A stretch of 64,000 nt of DNA from Fimicolochytrium jonesii (lineage: Eukaryota): positions 372,001 to 436,000 of the forward strand of contig NW_026515676.1 in NCBI RefSeq assembly GCF_025526975.1. The letters run 5' to 3'. A program made the translations under genes and the position numbers. This document shows, piece by piece, positions 1-14,083 of the stretch (position 1 is the first letter of the stretch; each line of letters starts with the position of its first letter). The notes beneath the pieces are model-generated. The model was not told where the DNA came from. It made no database searches and saw nothing but the letters and a program-made list of their open reading frames with translations.

Positions 1-1648
1 CTAACCTGGCGACCTCGCATCCCCCCACCGCCCGTTCGGAAAATCGTCCCACGCTTCCGTCCGCAAGATGTAGCTGCGTATGCGGTTCTTCCAGAAGATA
101 GGCCGCACGTTCTCCTTTTCGCGGTTCCGCGCCAATGACTGGACATCGACGATAGCAAGCTTTGTTGGTCAGTACAAACCGGCGAACGAGAAAGTAGAAA
201 GACAAGGAAGGGGCGGGGCGATTTTGAGGCCGTTGTGCGTGTATCAACGAAACGGGGACGATGGCTTACCGGGTTCCACGGTAACGGCCGCACCTGGTCA
301 ATCGGCGCGACAAACTGCAACCCTTCCAAGATAAGCCGCGTCGACCGCTCCAGATTGAGGGTATAGAAATGGAACCCGCGGATCCCACTCTCCTTCATCT
401 TATTGCACATATCGATCGCTAACCGGATCCCATAGTCCTTCACGGCCCTGTCGTCGTCCTTGATCGGTTCCAGGTCCCGTAAGATGTGGTCGGGGACGTA
501 GGTCTTGCAGAGCGATGTCATGCGGTTGAAGCCGCCGTAGTTTTGGATGGGCATGATGCCGGGGAGGATCGGGGCTGTGATGCCGAGGTCAAGGGCCTTT
601 TTGTACCAGGTGATGAACAGGTCTACGTCGTAGAAGAGCTGAGTGACGACGTAATCGGCGCCCGCTTCGATCTTGCGTTTGAGGTGCCGTAGGTCTTCTT
701 CTGGGTCTGGGTTATCCGTATGACCTTCCGGGTAGGCTGGAAAGGAACGATCGTCAGCAGTATACTCTTCACCAACTGCATTCGAAGATGGGACATACCT
801 GCCACCCCAATACAAAAGTAATCCCCATACTCATGCCTGATATACTTCACAAGATCAATCGCATACGAGAATCCTGTCTCGACCTTTGTCCACGTCTCCT
901 GCCCTCGCGGTGGATCCCCTCTCAGCGCAAGGATGTTCTGTATCCCGGCAGCCTTCGCATCCTTTAGCGCGATGTCGATCTTTTCCCGGGGCATGTTTGT
1001 GCACGTCCTGTTCGCTGGAGTCATCAGCCGACGACGGGTGGATGGCAACTATCCGACAAAGCCCAACACTCACAAATGCATACAAGTCTCCAGCCCATAT
1101 ACCGCCTGCGCGGTCGTGCACACTTGCATAGTCACATCCGAGCTGCTCCCGCCAGCGTTCCAAGTCACGTCGACGAACTCTGGGCCCAGTTGGTACATGC
1201 GCTCCTGTTCATCCAAACAAACAAAGCATCAGAATGGGCTGCCTGGCTCTTGGCTGGAGCCATGGCTGACCCACCATGCGGTCATATAGATTGATCACAC
1301 CGGCTTCAGTTTTCGGTGGGAAGTATTCGAAGGACTAGGGGGAGGGTGGGAATGGGTCATGTTTGGGCTGGATGAAGACAGGCATCGGGCAGACGATCGC
1401 CGGAACTTACCCAGAAGCACCTGTCCTCGGCTATCCATGAGGAAATGAGAGAGCGAGCGTTAGTACGCGCCCAGATACTAGACTGGGAGTTGGGCCGCTC
1501 AATAGGGGTCGCTGTGCTTGAGCAATGCTCGAACGTGGCTGCGCCGTAGGCCCTGTCTCCAAAGCTTGGGTGTGGCACATTGCGAGTGGTGGGCGGAAGC
1601 ATCCTGCTGCTTACCTGTTGCCTTTGCTATCTTGTCGGTGATCTTCAT
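1..1648 (-). CDS. MTHFR: Methylenetetrahydrofolate reductase (MET12/MET13-like), multi-exon, 3' end runs off the window
   Basis: Spliced exons give [10 protein letters not shown]...[17 protein letters not shown]...[13 protein letters not shown]...[34 protein letters not shown]...[13 protein letters not shown]...[18 protein letters not shown] introns visible. Confidence 0.93.
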
Positions 1649-2025
1649 GGTAGCTTTGGCGACGAGGTTTGCGACGAAGTGTGTTTGTGAAGCGGGCTAT
1701 AAAAGTCAGGGGGGGTGGGGGGCAGTTGGGTGGGGGGGGGGGGGGGGAGTTGGGAAGTTTGGCGCACGAACATCGACGCGTGAGGGGAAAGGGAGATGAG
1801 ATGATGCTGAGAGAGAGGGACCCCAAGACAGCCCCAGGAGCCGCCAGCGACAACACTACATAGACACCCTCCAAACAACATACTGTACACTATACACTCA
1901 AATGTCACATAGAACTTTGTGGCGCTGATGTCTGATGTCTGATGTAGATATATGCAGATAGTTCTTGATTGCTATGTTCAGTATGTACACTGCCATGGCA
2001 GTCTATAATCCCGGTCGTGGTCCAA

Positions 2026-2592
2026 CTACCGGCTCTTACTCTGCAAAAACTCCACCACCTTCTGCAAAGCCTTATACCGATGACTAATAGTATTCTTCAC
2101 CTCCTTCGTCAACTCCGCATAAGTCTCCCCAAACCCATCCGGCTGAAAAACCGCATCCCACCCAAAATCCGTCGGCCCCTTCGCCGGCACAATCGTCCCC
2201 CTCGTCCTCCCCTCAAAAACCACCGGCTCCTGCCCAGGCTCACAGTACGCAAACGTGCACACCGCATCCGCCGACTTATCCTCAAACCCCGCCAGCATCC
2301 TGTTCAGCCCATCGTGGCCCACCCCCTCCATGAACCACTTGATGTACGGCCCGGGCAGGTCGTTGAGGGCTTTGAAGCAGAGGGAGGTATCTTCGGTGAG
2401 CACAGGTGTGTTGAGCAGCGCGCAGGCGTGCCGCGCTTTTTCGCGCGAGACCGTTTGCGTTGTGCCTTGGAGTTCCGGGAGGTCGAGCTTGTGGTTGGTG
2501 ACAGTGAGCCCGGTGGGGGAGAGGATGGCTTGCACTTCGAGCAGTTTGTTGGCGTTGCCGGTTACAAAGACTAGGGGTTCTTGGGCGGACAT
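2026..2592 (-). CDS. HAM1: Inosine triphosphate pyrophosphatase (Ham1/ITPA), intronless
   Basis: [50 protein letters not shown] motifs; ATG at 2592 (MSAQEP). Confidence 0.96.
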   Translation of the reverse strand: MSAQEPLVFVTGNANKLLEVQAILSPTGLTVTNHKLDLPELQGTTQTVSREKARHACALLNTPVLTEDTSLCFKALNDLPGPYIKWFMEGVGHDGLNRMLAGFEDKSADAVCTFAYCEPGQEPVVFEGRTRGTIVPAKGPTDFGWDAVFQPDGFGETYAELTKEVKNTISHRYKALQKVVEFLQSKSR

Positions 2593-2877
2593 GGTGTTTG
2601 GCGTCGGTGTGTTGTGAATGGTTTTGTTTCGGACGGTAGTTGTCTGAGGGGTTGAGAGCCAGTCAGACACCAATAAAGCTGGTTATCCCCCGTACTAAGT
2701 CAGTGAACCCCACGTTCGTGTACGCCACGGACACCGGCGACGACGGCGACAATGACGGCGGCAGCTCATCATCATCATCCTTATGGTACGGGGATTGGAG
2801 CCCTACTCTAGAACTCTCATAATACCTAGTGGTGCCGACGGCAGCCATTCTAAGGGGCACAGACGCGATCACTGCAT

Positions 2878-3153
2878 TTAGATACTCACCGGTCGTCGGC
2901 CAGATCTCCTGGACAACTGACGAACGTCAGTCAGTTCAGCTTCAGAAGGCCGCAACTTAGCTGGTCTCCCGGTGGGTTTTTTGGACTGGTAGGAGGTTGG
3001 GTCGCCTGGTGCGTCGTCACGAAACCTCTTTATGGTCCTATAAACGGCCATAGTGGAAACTTGCTCCATTGCGGCAATCTCAACCTTGTTTTTTCCTGCC
3101 CGGTGCAAGGCAAGTATGGCTGATCTCTTCTGGGGGGTCAGTGCTCTTCCCAT
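2878..3153 (-). pseudogene. Tc1/mariner-type transposase N-terminal HTH fragment (no DDE domain seen)
   Basis: MGRALTPQKRSAILALHRAGKNKVEIAAMEQVSTMAVYRTIKRF...KPTGRPAKL resembles the paired-like HTH plus GRPxK linker of Tc1 transposases. Confidence 0.6.
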
Positions 3154-3266
3154 TGTGGGCTGGTGTGGTTGACGAGTGCTGGCGTTGTCAAAAAGTTGGA
3201 AGATTGAAGATTGCCGACATTGCCCGTCCACGAGCGTCCGCGCGAAATAACTTACATACAGTTAAG

Positions 3267-3367
3267 TGTCATGGGATTAGGGTTGGGGATTAGGGTTATC
3301 ACCGGGTTAGGGTTGTGAGGTTGGGGATTAGGGTTGGTAAACCCTAACCGGGTTATATCCCATGACA
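3267..3367. repeat. 101-bp element with 11-bp terminal inverted repeats, filled with degenerate TTAGGG telomere-like repeats
   Basis: TGTCATGGGAT (3267-3277) / ATCCCATGACA (3357-3367); four TTAGGG and one CCCTAA inside; flanks GTTAAG and GTTAGG. Confidence 0.7.
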
Positions 3368-4047
3368 GTTAGGGTCACATGCGCGAGTAACAGTCCACGG
3401 ATCTAGAGTCTTTTCTGGAGGCGGCAACGCCGCCGTGGCCAGCCTTGTACAGTAGTTGTCAGGGACTCAGGGAGGGCAATTGCGGGTTGAAAGGGTTTGA
3501 GGGGAAGTGTGAGCAAGGTGAGAAAGACGGTGGGGCAAGTCTGGCAAACGCTGGACATGCACGCGTTCTGTGGCTCTTCTCAAAACGCACCCCAAATCCC
3601 AACTCACGCGAAAGAGGCATAGCAAACCAACCAAGCCTGCCCGCCCATCAACAATCGACGAACAGAAAGCCGCGAACTTGAACTGATTGCAACCATGACC
3701 GTGCTCCCCTCGCCTTTCAACCCCTCAAGCACGAACGACACAAGAACAGAAAACCAAACTTCTTTTTATTTCGAGGCCTATGTACATATCACAGAAGTCA
3801 ATGAATAAACGGATGATGCAAAGTGACATCGCATTCCATCGCACCCCCATCCCCATCGCGCGTCTCTCCCATGCCGGTCTTTTCCACACTTTGCTTGTTG
3901 TGCGATGTGTGGCGGATATGGGGTGAGTCAAGTGTGGGTGGCACGAATGGGTCGCGGGAGACCGAACGATCCATGGAAAGAACCGATTGGAAGACGGGTG
4001 TGGGAGGAGATGGGGAAGGACGATGGGTGTTGTTTATTCCGCCCCCC

Positions 4048-5294
4048 CTAGAACCACTTGGCCCATATGATACCGATGATGAGCAGGATGAGGAGGATGA
4101 TGATTCCGAAGGAGAGGATTTTGTTTTGGATCATCCTGTGGAGGTTGAAAGGGTCGGAAAGGAAAGGGGTGTTGAGAGGGTAGTTTGTTTCGCATATGGC
4201 TGCATTTCGCCGTTCACCAACGAGGGCAGTATAGGCCCCACTCTGCATTCACTGATTCCCTCCGCTCGTTCCCCTCCGCCCGCTCGGCTGGCTAACGCTC
4301 ACCTACCTCCGATGCATAGTCTTCAACGCCCCCTGACTCTTCGTAATCCACGTATCCGCACTACTCAACCCATCCCTCGTCCTATAAATCTGCTCCCGCT
4401 GCCTATTCAAATCATCCAACGTCGCAATCCCCACCGCCTCCGTCTCCAACGCCAATCGCCTCGCATCCTCCAGTCTCCTACTACCCTGCTGCAATCGCTC
4501 CGTGCCGTTCATCAATCTACTCCTCTGGTCAGACGACGCGATCTCGAAATCCACCACGTGGGAGCCGTTGTTGGAGGGACGGGAGAGGAGGGCGTCGCGG
4601 TCGGCGGTGGTGGAGTAGGTGCGACGGAGCTGTTTTGTGGAATCCTTTGCGGAACGCACGCGCGGGGCGAGACGCATGCGGGTGGCGGCGGGGAGGGTGG
4701 ACAGCTCGACTTCCATTTGGGAGATGATCTCGTCGAGTTCTTCGAAGCCGGCTTCGAGCTGGTGGGTTAGGAGTTTCTTTTGTTCTGTTCATCGAGATGT
4801 TTTTCGTGAGTGTCAAGGGCGGCGTTCAAACCAGATTATCGAAAACATGCACGGCCACTCCAGAGGTAGGAATTTTTTCGCTCAGCATCTCCGCTCGTAT
4901 GCCATTTCCCAACTTGCACCCCTCAAATCCCAACCCGATTCAACCAGAGCCGCTCGGAGACAGGCGCAAGAGCTATTCGGTCCCACACCCCAGTCCAATC
5001 GCCGAATGCCAAGCCCAGCTCCATCCACGTCATCCCCACCGGTCTTCCTCCCATGCCTCCAACCCCCGCACTTCCAGAACACCCACAGCAAACCCACCCC
5101 CACCGACTCCCTCCCACCCGAACCCCCAACTCCGTCCCAACTCCGCCCCACATTTGCAACCCCCACAACTCCGCAAACCTTCTCAACTCACCCCCAGATG
5201 CAGCCGCGACCGCATCAACCTGCCTCAGGAGCGACTCATGCAGCGTGTCGTACTCCTTCTGGTACGTTTCGAGGATTTCGGAGCCTTCTGACAT
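4048..5294 (-). CDS. VTI1: Qb-SNARE Vti1, 3 exons
   Basis: MSEGSEILETYQKEY...; DQRSRLMNGTERLQQGSRRLEDARRLALETEAVGIATLDDLNRQREQI SNARE motif; C-terminal TM exon MIQNKILSFGIIILLILLIIGIIWAKWF. Confidence 0.92.
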
Positions 5295-5514
5295 TTTGAG
5301 CTTTGTGGTGACTTGCAATCCGGATGAGTGTTGGGTGACGATGAGGGTTTGGGGGTGTTTGAAGGGAGCTTCAAGGGTGATGACGCCGCCCCGTGTGTTG
5401 TTTATGTGGGCGCGGGGATTACATAAGCAACTCAGCTGGGTTCCCGTCACTTCTGCATTCCGGAACTTCCATCGACTCCCTCACATAGACCACAAAGCCC
5501 ACACGCACGCTACC

Positions 5515-8241
5515 ATGCAAACAACACACCCAAGACAATCATCAAGCGCCGGAAGAGCCTTCAAGACGAGTCCTCGCCGAAGCGGAAGACGGAGATCGTT
5601 GCCTCTTGGGCTTGATGATACTTTCGGCGGGGTGCTTATGGGGAAGGCGAATGACGGCGCTCACAGTGGACCCATTCTGAACATCACTTCGAGTCATTCA
5701 CGGCCGTCAAGTGGAGGAGAAGTCGGGAAGGTATGAATATGCTTCACTATCGCTTACAATAACTCGCTTCATTCTCATTGATCCGAATGCCCCATTTCAT
5801 ATAGATAATCCAACTCCCAACCCTCCACAACGAACTCGTCCGTCTCCAACTCTCCCCGCCGCCCTTCAGCGCCTCTGACTCCGATCATAGACGCTACTCC
5901 ACCCCCGACCGCGGCGACCATGGCAAATCCACCCTGCCCCATCTAGATAAACGCGGCGGGATACACGCGCGCTCGGAGGAGGATGTTCGCAAACGAACAT
6001 CGCCTGGTAGCAGGCCAGTGAGACAGGCGTGGGAAATGGAGCGGGATAGTAAGGAGGGCGAATTGCGAGTCGTGAATTTGGAACGATTGATGTTGGAGGC
6101 AGTTGGGGCTCCGCTCCCAACAACCCCTGACAAGGAGAAGGAGAATGCGGCAGGGTCAGCGCCGCGGTCCCGCAAAGGCTCAGCCCATCGTCGACGATTC
6201 AGCCACTACCCTCGCTCCAACGGAAGCACGCCTCACCAGAGCCGGCCCGTCTCCGCGCGCAACATCCCGCTTCCGCCTTCACGACCGCAGACGCCGGACC
6301 CGGATATGGCTGTCATGGGTGTCATACCGCCGATTTTGACCGGTTTGGCTTCGCAAGCCGGATTACATATCCCCTTGGGTATGGGACGGCTGCGGCCCGT
6401 GTCGCCGCTCACAGGTGAACAGATAGGGTCCCCGTTGCGGCAGGTTGTGAATCAGAGTTTGGAGGAGATAAGGAGGCGTGACGAAAGCACTGCTTCCGCG
6501 CCACGTCCCATCGCCAGCGCACCAGACCCGACCCCCGCACCCACGGGCTTCTTCTTCAAAGCAGACGGCGACATGCAGTTCGACCTCCAAGAAGCCACCG
6601 CCTTCATGCACGTCCTCCAAAAAGAGTCCAAAGTCCGTTTTGTCGCATTAGCCGAACAACCCCCACCCTCGCCCACCCTCGACTCGACATCCTCCACCGA
6701 CGCCCAAACCACCGACACGGTCCCGCGTGAATCATCTATGGGATCAGGAAGCTACCCGCGCAGATCGCCCGAGACACCCGCGTTGCAGGTCAAGACCCCA
6801 CGGCAGATGTCGCGACGGTCCCGGCGGAGCGTGGATTTCTTCACGCAGCCGTTTGTGGAGAGGAAGGAGGAGCCGGTGACGAGCAGGTTGTTTGAGCCGT
6901 TGTTGCTCTTGCAGAGTTTGGATGAGCCTGCTGCAGGGCCAGTGGCGCTTGGGGTGGTTGATGAGGTGGAGTTGGGGGATGTGGGGGTGGAGGGAGGGAT
7001 GGAAAATGTGCGCGCGACTGCGGGGCTGTCACCGGCAGGCAGCGAGCGAGGGAATGATGGGTTGCAAAACGCTACGTCGGGCTCCTCCCACTCGATCAGT
7101 TCAGTGCCCGAGGATCCGCAGAACGACTCTGACTTAGGCGCGGAGATCACGATACTGTCGGGACCCACATCCCGTGAAAATGAGCCGGTGATAGTTCGCT
7201 TCGTCAATTCTGCGGATTTGGAGGATGAGGGAGATGAAGATGGTCACCTCCCATTGCAGAGTGATGAGGCGGGGGGAATGCCGGCGCATGAGGAGGAGGA
7301 AGGGCCTGCGAGTGAATCGGTGATGGAAGGGCCACCCGGCGGGGCAGAGGAGCCGAATGGGCTGTATAATGGTGAGTTCTCCACGGTCAATTTGACAACG
7401 CGGGCGGAGATCGCTGAGCAAAAGAACCACCTCAGACCCAACAGAAGAAGAAACATCGCAGACTGGAACATCGCAGAGTGAAGCTGCGTATCCATCCAAC
7501 GGTGACAGGGAGGTTGTGGATCCCGGACAGTCGCGGGAAACAGTTTCGCAGATTGCGACCCCTGAGCCGGCCCAGCAGTCCTTTCCTGTGTCCAACCGGA
7601 ACTCATCAGCTCCGCTGGTAAGTTCTTCAGGAGCAAGCGGATCCGAGGCAGGCTGCTATAACACATCTTTCTTCGCACGTAGCCCGCGCCCATCACACGG
7701 GCGATCGTTCATCCTCCACCGCAGGTTTGGACGCGTAGCCTCCTAAAGCTTCACCTTTCTGAATACATGGTCGCTGATGAAAGGGGTTTTTTTCGTCGCA
7801 GATCGCAGCCATGAACGAATTCAACGACTACAATAGCCGGTGGAACAGCCGAGAGCGCAGTCTGTTGCGTTCACAGGAATGCATGGCTCTCGCCGTTCTC
7901 GACAAGGTAAAGCACACCCCAAAACGGGATGGTGATCAACACCGATGTGTTCATCAACCCATAACTTCCTCCCTATTTGTCTTTAGTACGTCTACACCCT
8001 CCACCTCTCCACTCTCAAGAGGCAGCAAACCCTCCACAAAGACCTCATCCACACTCAAACGCGCAACGACGCGCATCTCGCGCGGATGGCAGCCAAAGAG
8101 CGGCGGGAGTGTATCTCGCAGGGCCGTGATTTGCACCTGTGGACGTCGCCGGGGACGGCGGGGATGGCAAAGAGGTGTGAGGCTAGTGGGTGTTGGAAGA
8201 GTGGCTTGTATCGGGAGGTTGGTGTTAGGAAGAGGGCTTGA
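5515..8241 (+). CDS. Hypothetical multi-exon protein, largely low-complexity (exon boundaries uncertain)
   Basis: Long ORF 6018-7481 plus flanking exon-like segments with GT/AG sites; divergent from VTI1; no recognisable domain. Confidence 0.5.
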
Positions 8242-8560
8242 TAGGAGTGTAGATAGGTAGAAGGTAGGGCGAGACCCACGGGTTTAGAGGCTGGGACGGC
8301 AGTTTAGAGAGAGGGAGAGGGAGCGGTTGTGCCTGCAGCGGAATGTCGGCGCTGGCTTCCTTTTATACCCATTTGAAGGACACTGAAGAAAAAAGTGAAC
8401 CGCATCATACTGTGTATGATTGGACCTCTTCCGGCCACGACATTGAGGGGACATATACCACAGATGCTAAACTGTCACATACAGTCCTCTACATATTACA
8501 ACGTCCCTCAAAGTCCACATCCCCGCCCACACAACCCCCACTCCCAGCAGTCCCACCCCC

Positions 8561-10314
8561 TCATCTCGAAGTAATCATAACCTTCTCAATGCTTGTCTGA
8601 TACATCTCAAACTTACTGCTAATCCTTTCAATAATGTCCTCTAACCCCGCCGCATCCACACTCTCCTGCCGCCTCAACTCCGCAATCTTCTCCTCCATCT
8701 CAATCACAATCCGGGTGTTTTCGTCAGTCGCGGTGGCGCAGTGGGTCCGTTCGACGTTCGCGGCGTCGAATTCGTGTTTGAGTTTTGTGAGTTTGGCGGA
8801 CATGGCGTCTTTTTTGACCGATTGGTGCTTTTGGAGGCGGGTAAGCTTTTCGTGGGCGCCGGTTATTTGGCGTTTCATTTGCTGAATTGTCGAAATCGAG
8901 GACCATGGGTAATGAGCACAGCGCAAACTGCATCAAGATTTCGATGAAAAAGCATTTCCAAAAGCAACACAACTTACATCCTCCCTGAAATCCAGCTCCC
9001 GAATCTCGCCCCTCCGCTTCTCAATATTCTCCTTATCCGAAACCACCTTCCTCGCCGCCTGCTCCGCCTTGTTCTTCTCGGCCTCACACTCCGCCATTAG
9101 CTTCAAGCACGCGTCAATGTCCTGCTCCACCATGTTCATGAGGTCTACTTTTAGCTGCAGCTCGCGGGATCTCTTTTGTATTGATGCGACGGTGTTCTTG
9201 TCGCCTTGGAGGGAGTTGTTCATTTCGGCTATTGACTAAGACGATGGGAGAGGGTGATGAGTGGGGATGGTATAGAGGGGGGGGGGGAATGGGAGGGGGG
9301 ACATACCGCTTTGAGCTTTTCGGGGCTTTGGACGATGCGTGATTTTAGACGGACGCAGTCTTGTTTCAGGTTCATGATGGTCATTTGCATTTTCGACTAG
9401 AAGGGGTATTCGTGTTACTCCCCTCATGCACACCGTATAGAGTCTGACCGGGTGACATCCATTCCAATCCAATCCAATTCCCCTACCAGCTTCTCCGCCA
9501 ACTCCGTCTTCTCCTTTTTCAGCGCTTCCGCCTCAGACGTCAACCCCGTTTGTTTCTTTTGCAGTTGCCGCAGATCAGCCGTGAGTTCGGAGTTTGCATC
9601 ACGGAGCTTTTGCGCCGCTGGCTCCTGTTCTGCCCTTTGCTGTCTGTACGGATAATCCGATATTCAGCAGTGGCATAAAATCCATGACGTCTTCCCAAAA
9701 ACCCCAACAACTTACCTCAGCGTATTGACTTTGTCTGCCAGTTGCCGGTTTTGATCTTCCAGGGCCTGCTTTCGTTGTATGATCTCCTCCTGCGATCCCG
9801 CGCGCAATCAGCTGTCTCGTCGCCAAATGCCCATCGCGAGTTTGCAAACCCTTACCCCTCGAACCGTACACTTTTCATAAACGCCCAACCTCTCCTCCCT
9901 GAACTTTCCAAAATTGACCACCGCGCTCAAAATCTTCCTAATCCTCGGCGGTTCCGGCCTCAAAATGTCCCTCATGCTGAAGTCGTCCACTCCAATCTCG
10001 GACATCAGCCGTCTCAACGCGCGGTAATACGACACGAGCGTGATACTCTCCTGCTGCAGTTCCGGCTGCTCGAGGATCTGCATCGCGTCGAAGCTGATTT
10101 GGCTGTAGTGCTCGCGCGTGCGGTTGAGGAGGGTGTGTGTGATGTGGTCGTAGATGGCAAGGATGCGGGCTTGGGTGGGTTTGGTGAGGTCTTCTTCGGC
10201 GAGGGCGAGGCCGAAGTCGGTCATGCACGGGATGAGCTCGGAGGGTTTGAGGAGAGGGAAGGAGAAGGTGCTCTCCGAGGATGGAGGCTTGTAGTGGCGG
10301 TTGCCGCGGTCCAT
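8561..10314 (-). CDS. NUF2: Kinetochore NDC80-complex subunit Nuf2, multi-exon
   Basis: FSFPLLKPSELIPCM...GVDDFSMRDILRPEPPRIRKILSAVVNFGKFREE N-terminal domain followed by coiled-coil exons. Confidence 0.92.
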
Positions 10315-10848
10315 GGTTGCTTTTTCCGTGCGTGGGCCGAGGTTGGGTTGGTGCCGCCGCCGTGAAGTGTGAGTTCTGGTGGGATGCGGTGTTGCGAGGT
10401 GTGAGTGAAATCGGGCTGTACAGTAGGTGGGAGTGGCAGCCGCGTCCAAAAAGAGATGACACCGGCGTACGAAGGGTAGCTACTTCTGCCGATCGGGCGA
10501 CTCTGCAACCTTCCTCTTGTTTCTGTGCTGTGTTGCTGTATGTACATACAGTATGTATGTGGTTGTCGTTTGCCTTCGCCTTGCGAGTTTGCGTTTGGTC
10601 GGACGGACTGCTATGTCCGAAACGCGCTTTGCTTTGGCTCATCCAGCCCCAGAGTCGGCCGGCCTACGTTACAGGAGTAACCCTCCCCCAGGCTCCCATT
10701 AGGAAGGAGCAACCAACTATCAGCCCGCACCTCAGAGCTCTCCTGCTCTGTCCATACACTCCCTCCCTCCCTCCCTTCCAGCTGCTATCGCTCTACAGCT
10801 CGCTAGCTACACAGCTATCGGAAAGCACACCGTACCCGCTAGCAAACG

Positions 10849-13391
<2,543 letters not shown>

Positions 13392-14083
13392 GCATAGCTA
13401 GCCGTCTAGAGATTCGGATAGTACCACCCCGTGGGGTCTCGTCGACGCTTGACACCAACGCGGCGTGGTTGTTCTTGCCAGCTCTCGCCCACGGTCCCCT
13501 CTTGCCCCCCTGCTCCTTGCAACGCTCGCACCCCATCCGCCCCCCCAGCGAACGTACATTACATATTATGCACACACACACACCAGGGCTGTATCTCGCG
13601 GCGCCTGGGGCTTTTGTATTTTTTCCCCCTTTTTTGTGATTGTGTATTTTTGAGGTGGGAAATGAATGGGGTCAGATTTTTTTTTTTCCGGGGCGAGGCT
13701 GGGACCCAAACCCAACAGTGTCGAAAATGTCAATGGCGGGGATGGCCAGCGCCCCGCGTAAGGAATCGTATCGCGCCTGTTTTCGAGACGGCATGTGCGA
13801 TATGGACAACCCTCCAGGAACCAACAAGCAAGCAAGCAAGGGGGGATGAAGGCTTTGCTTTCGCGGCTTTCGGGCCTTCCTTCATTTCATGGAACTATCT
13901 TCATCTCGGAACCCCAACCACAGCAATGCACAAATCTCGCTCTTCTGATGGTATCCTATATACACGCCTTTTGCTTCATGTATTTGCAGAGATGATGAAG
14001 TATGTCTATGATATATGTCTGCATGCTTGGGGAGAAATGTCCGCAGGGCAGAGAGAGACCCCCCATGTCCACCGCAAGCCTAT

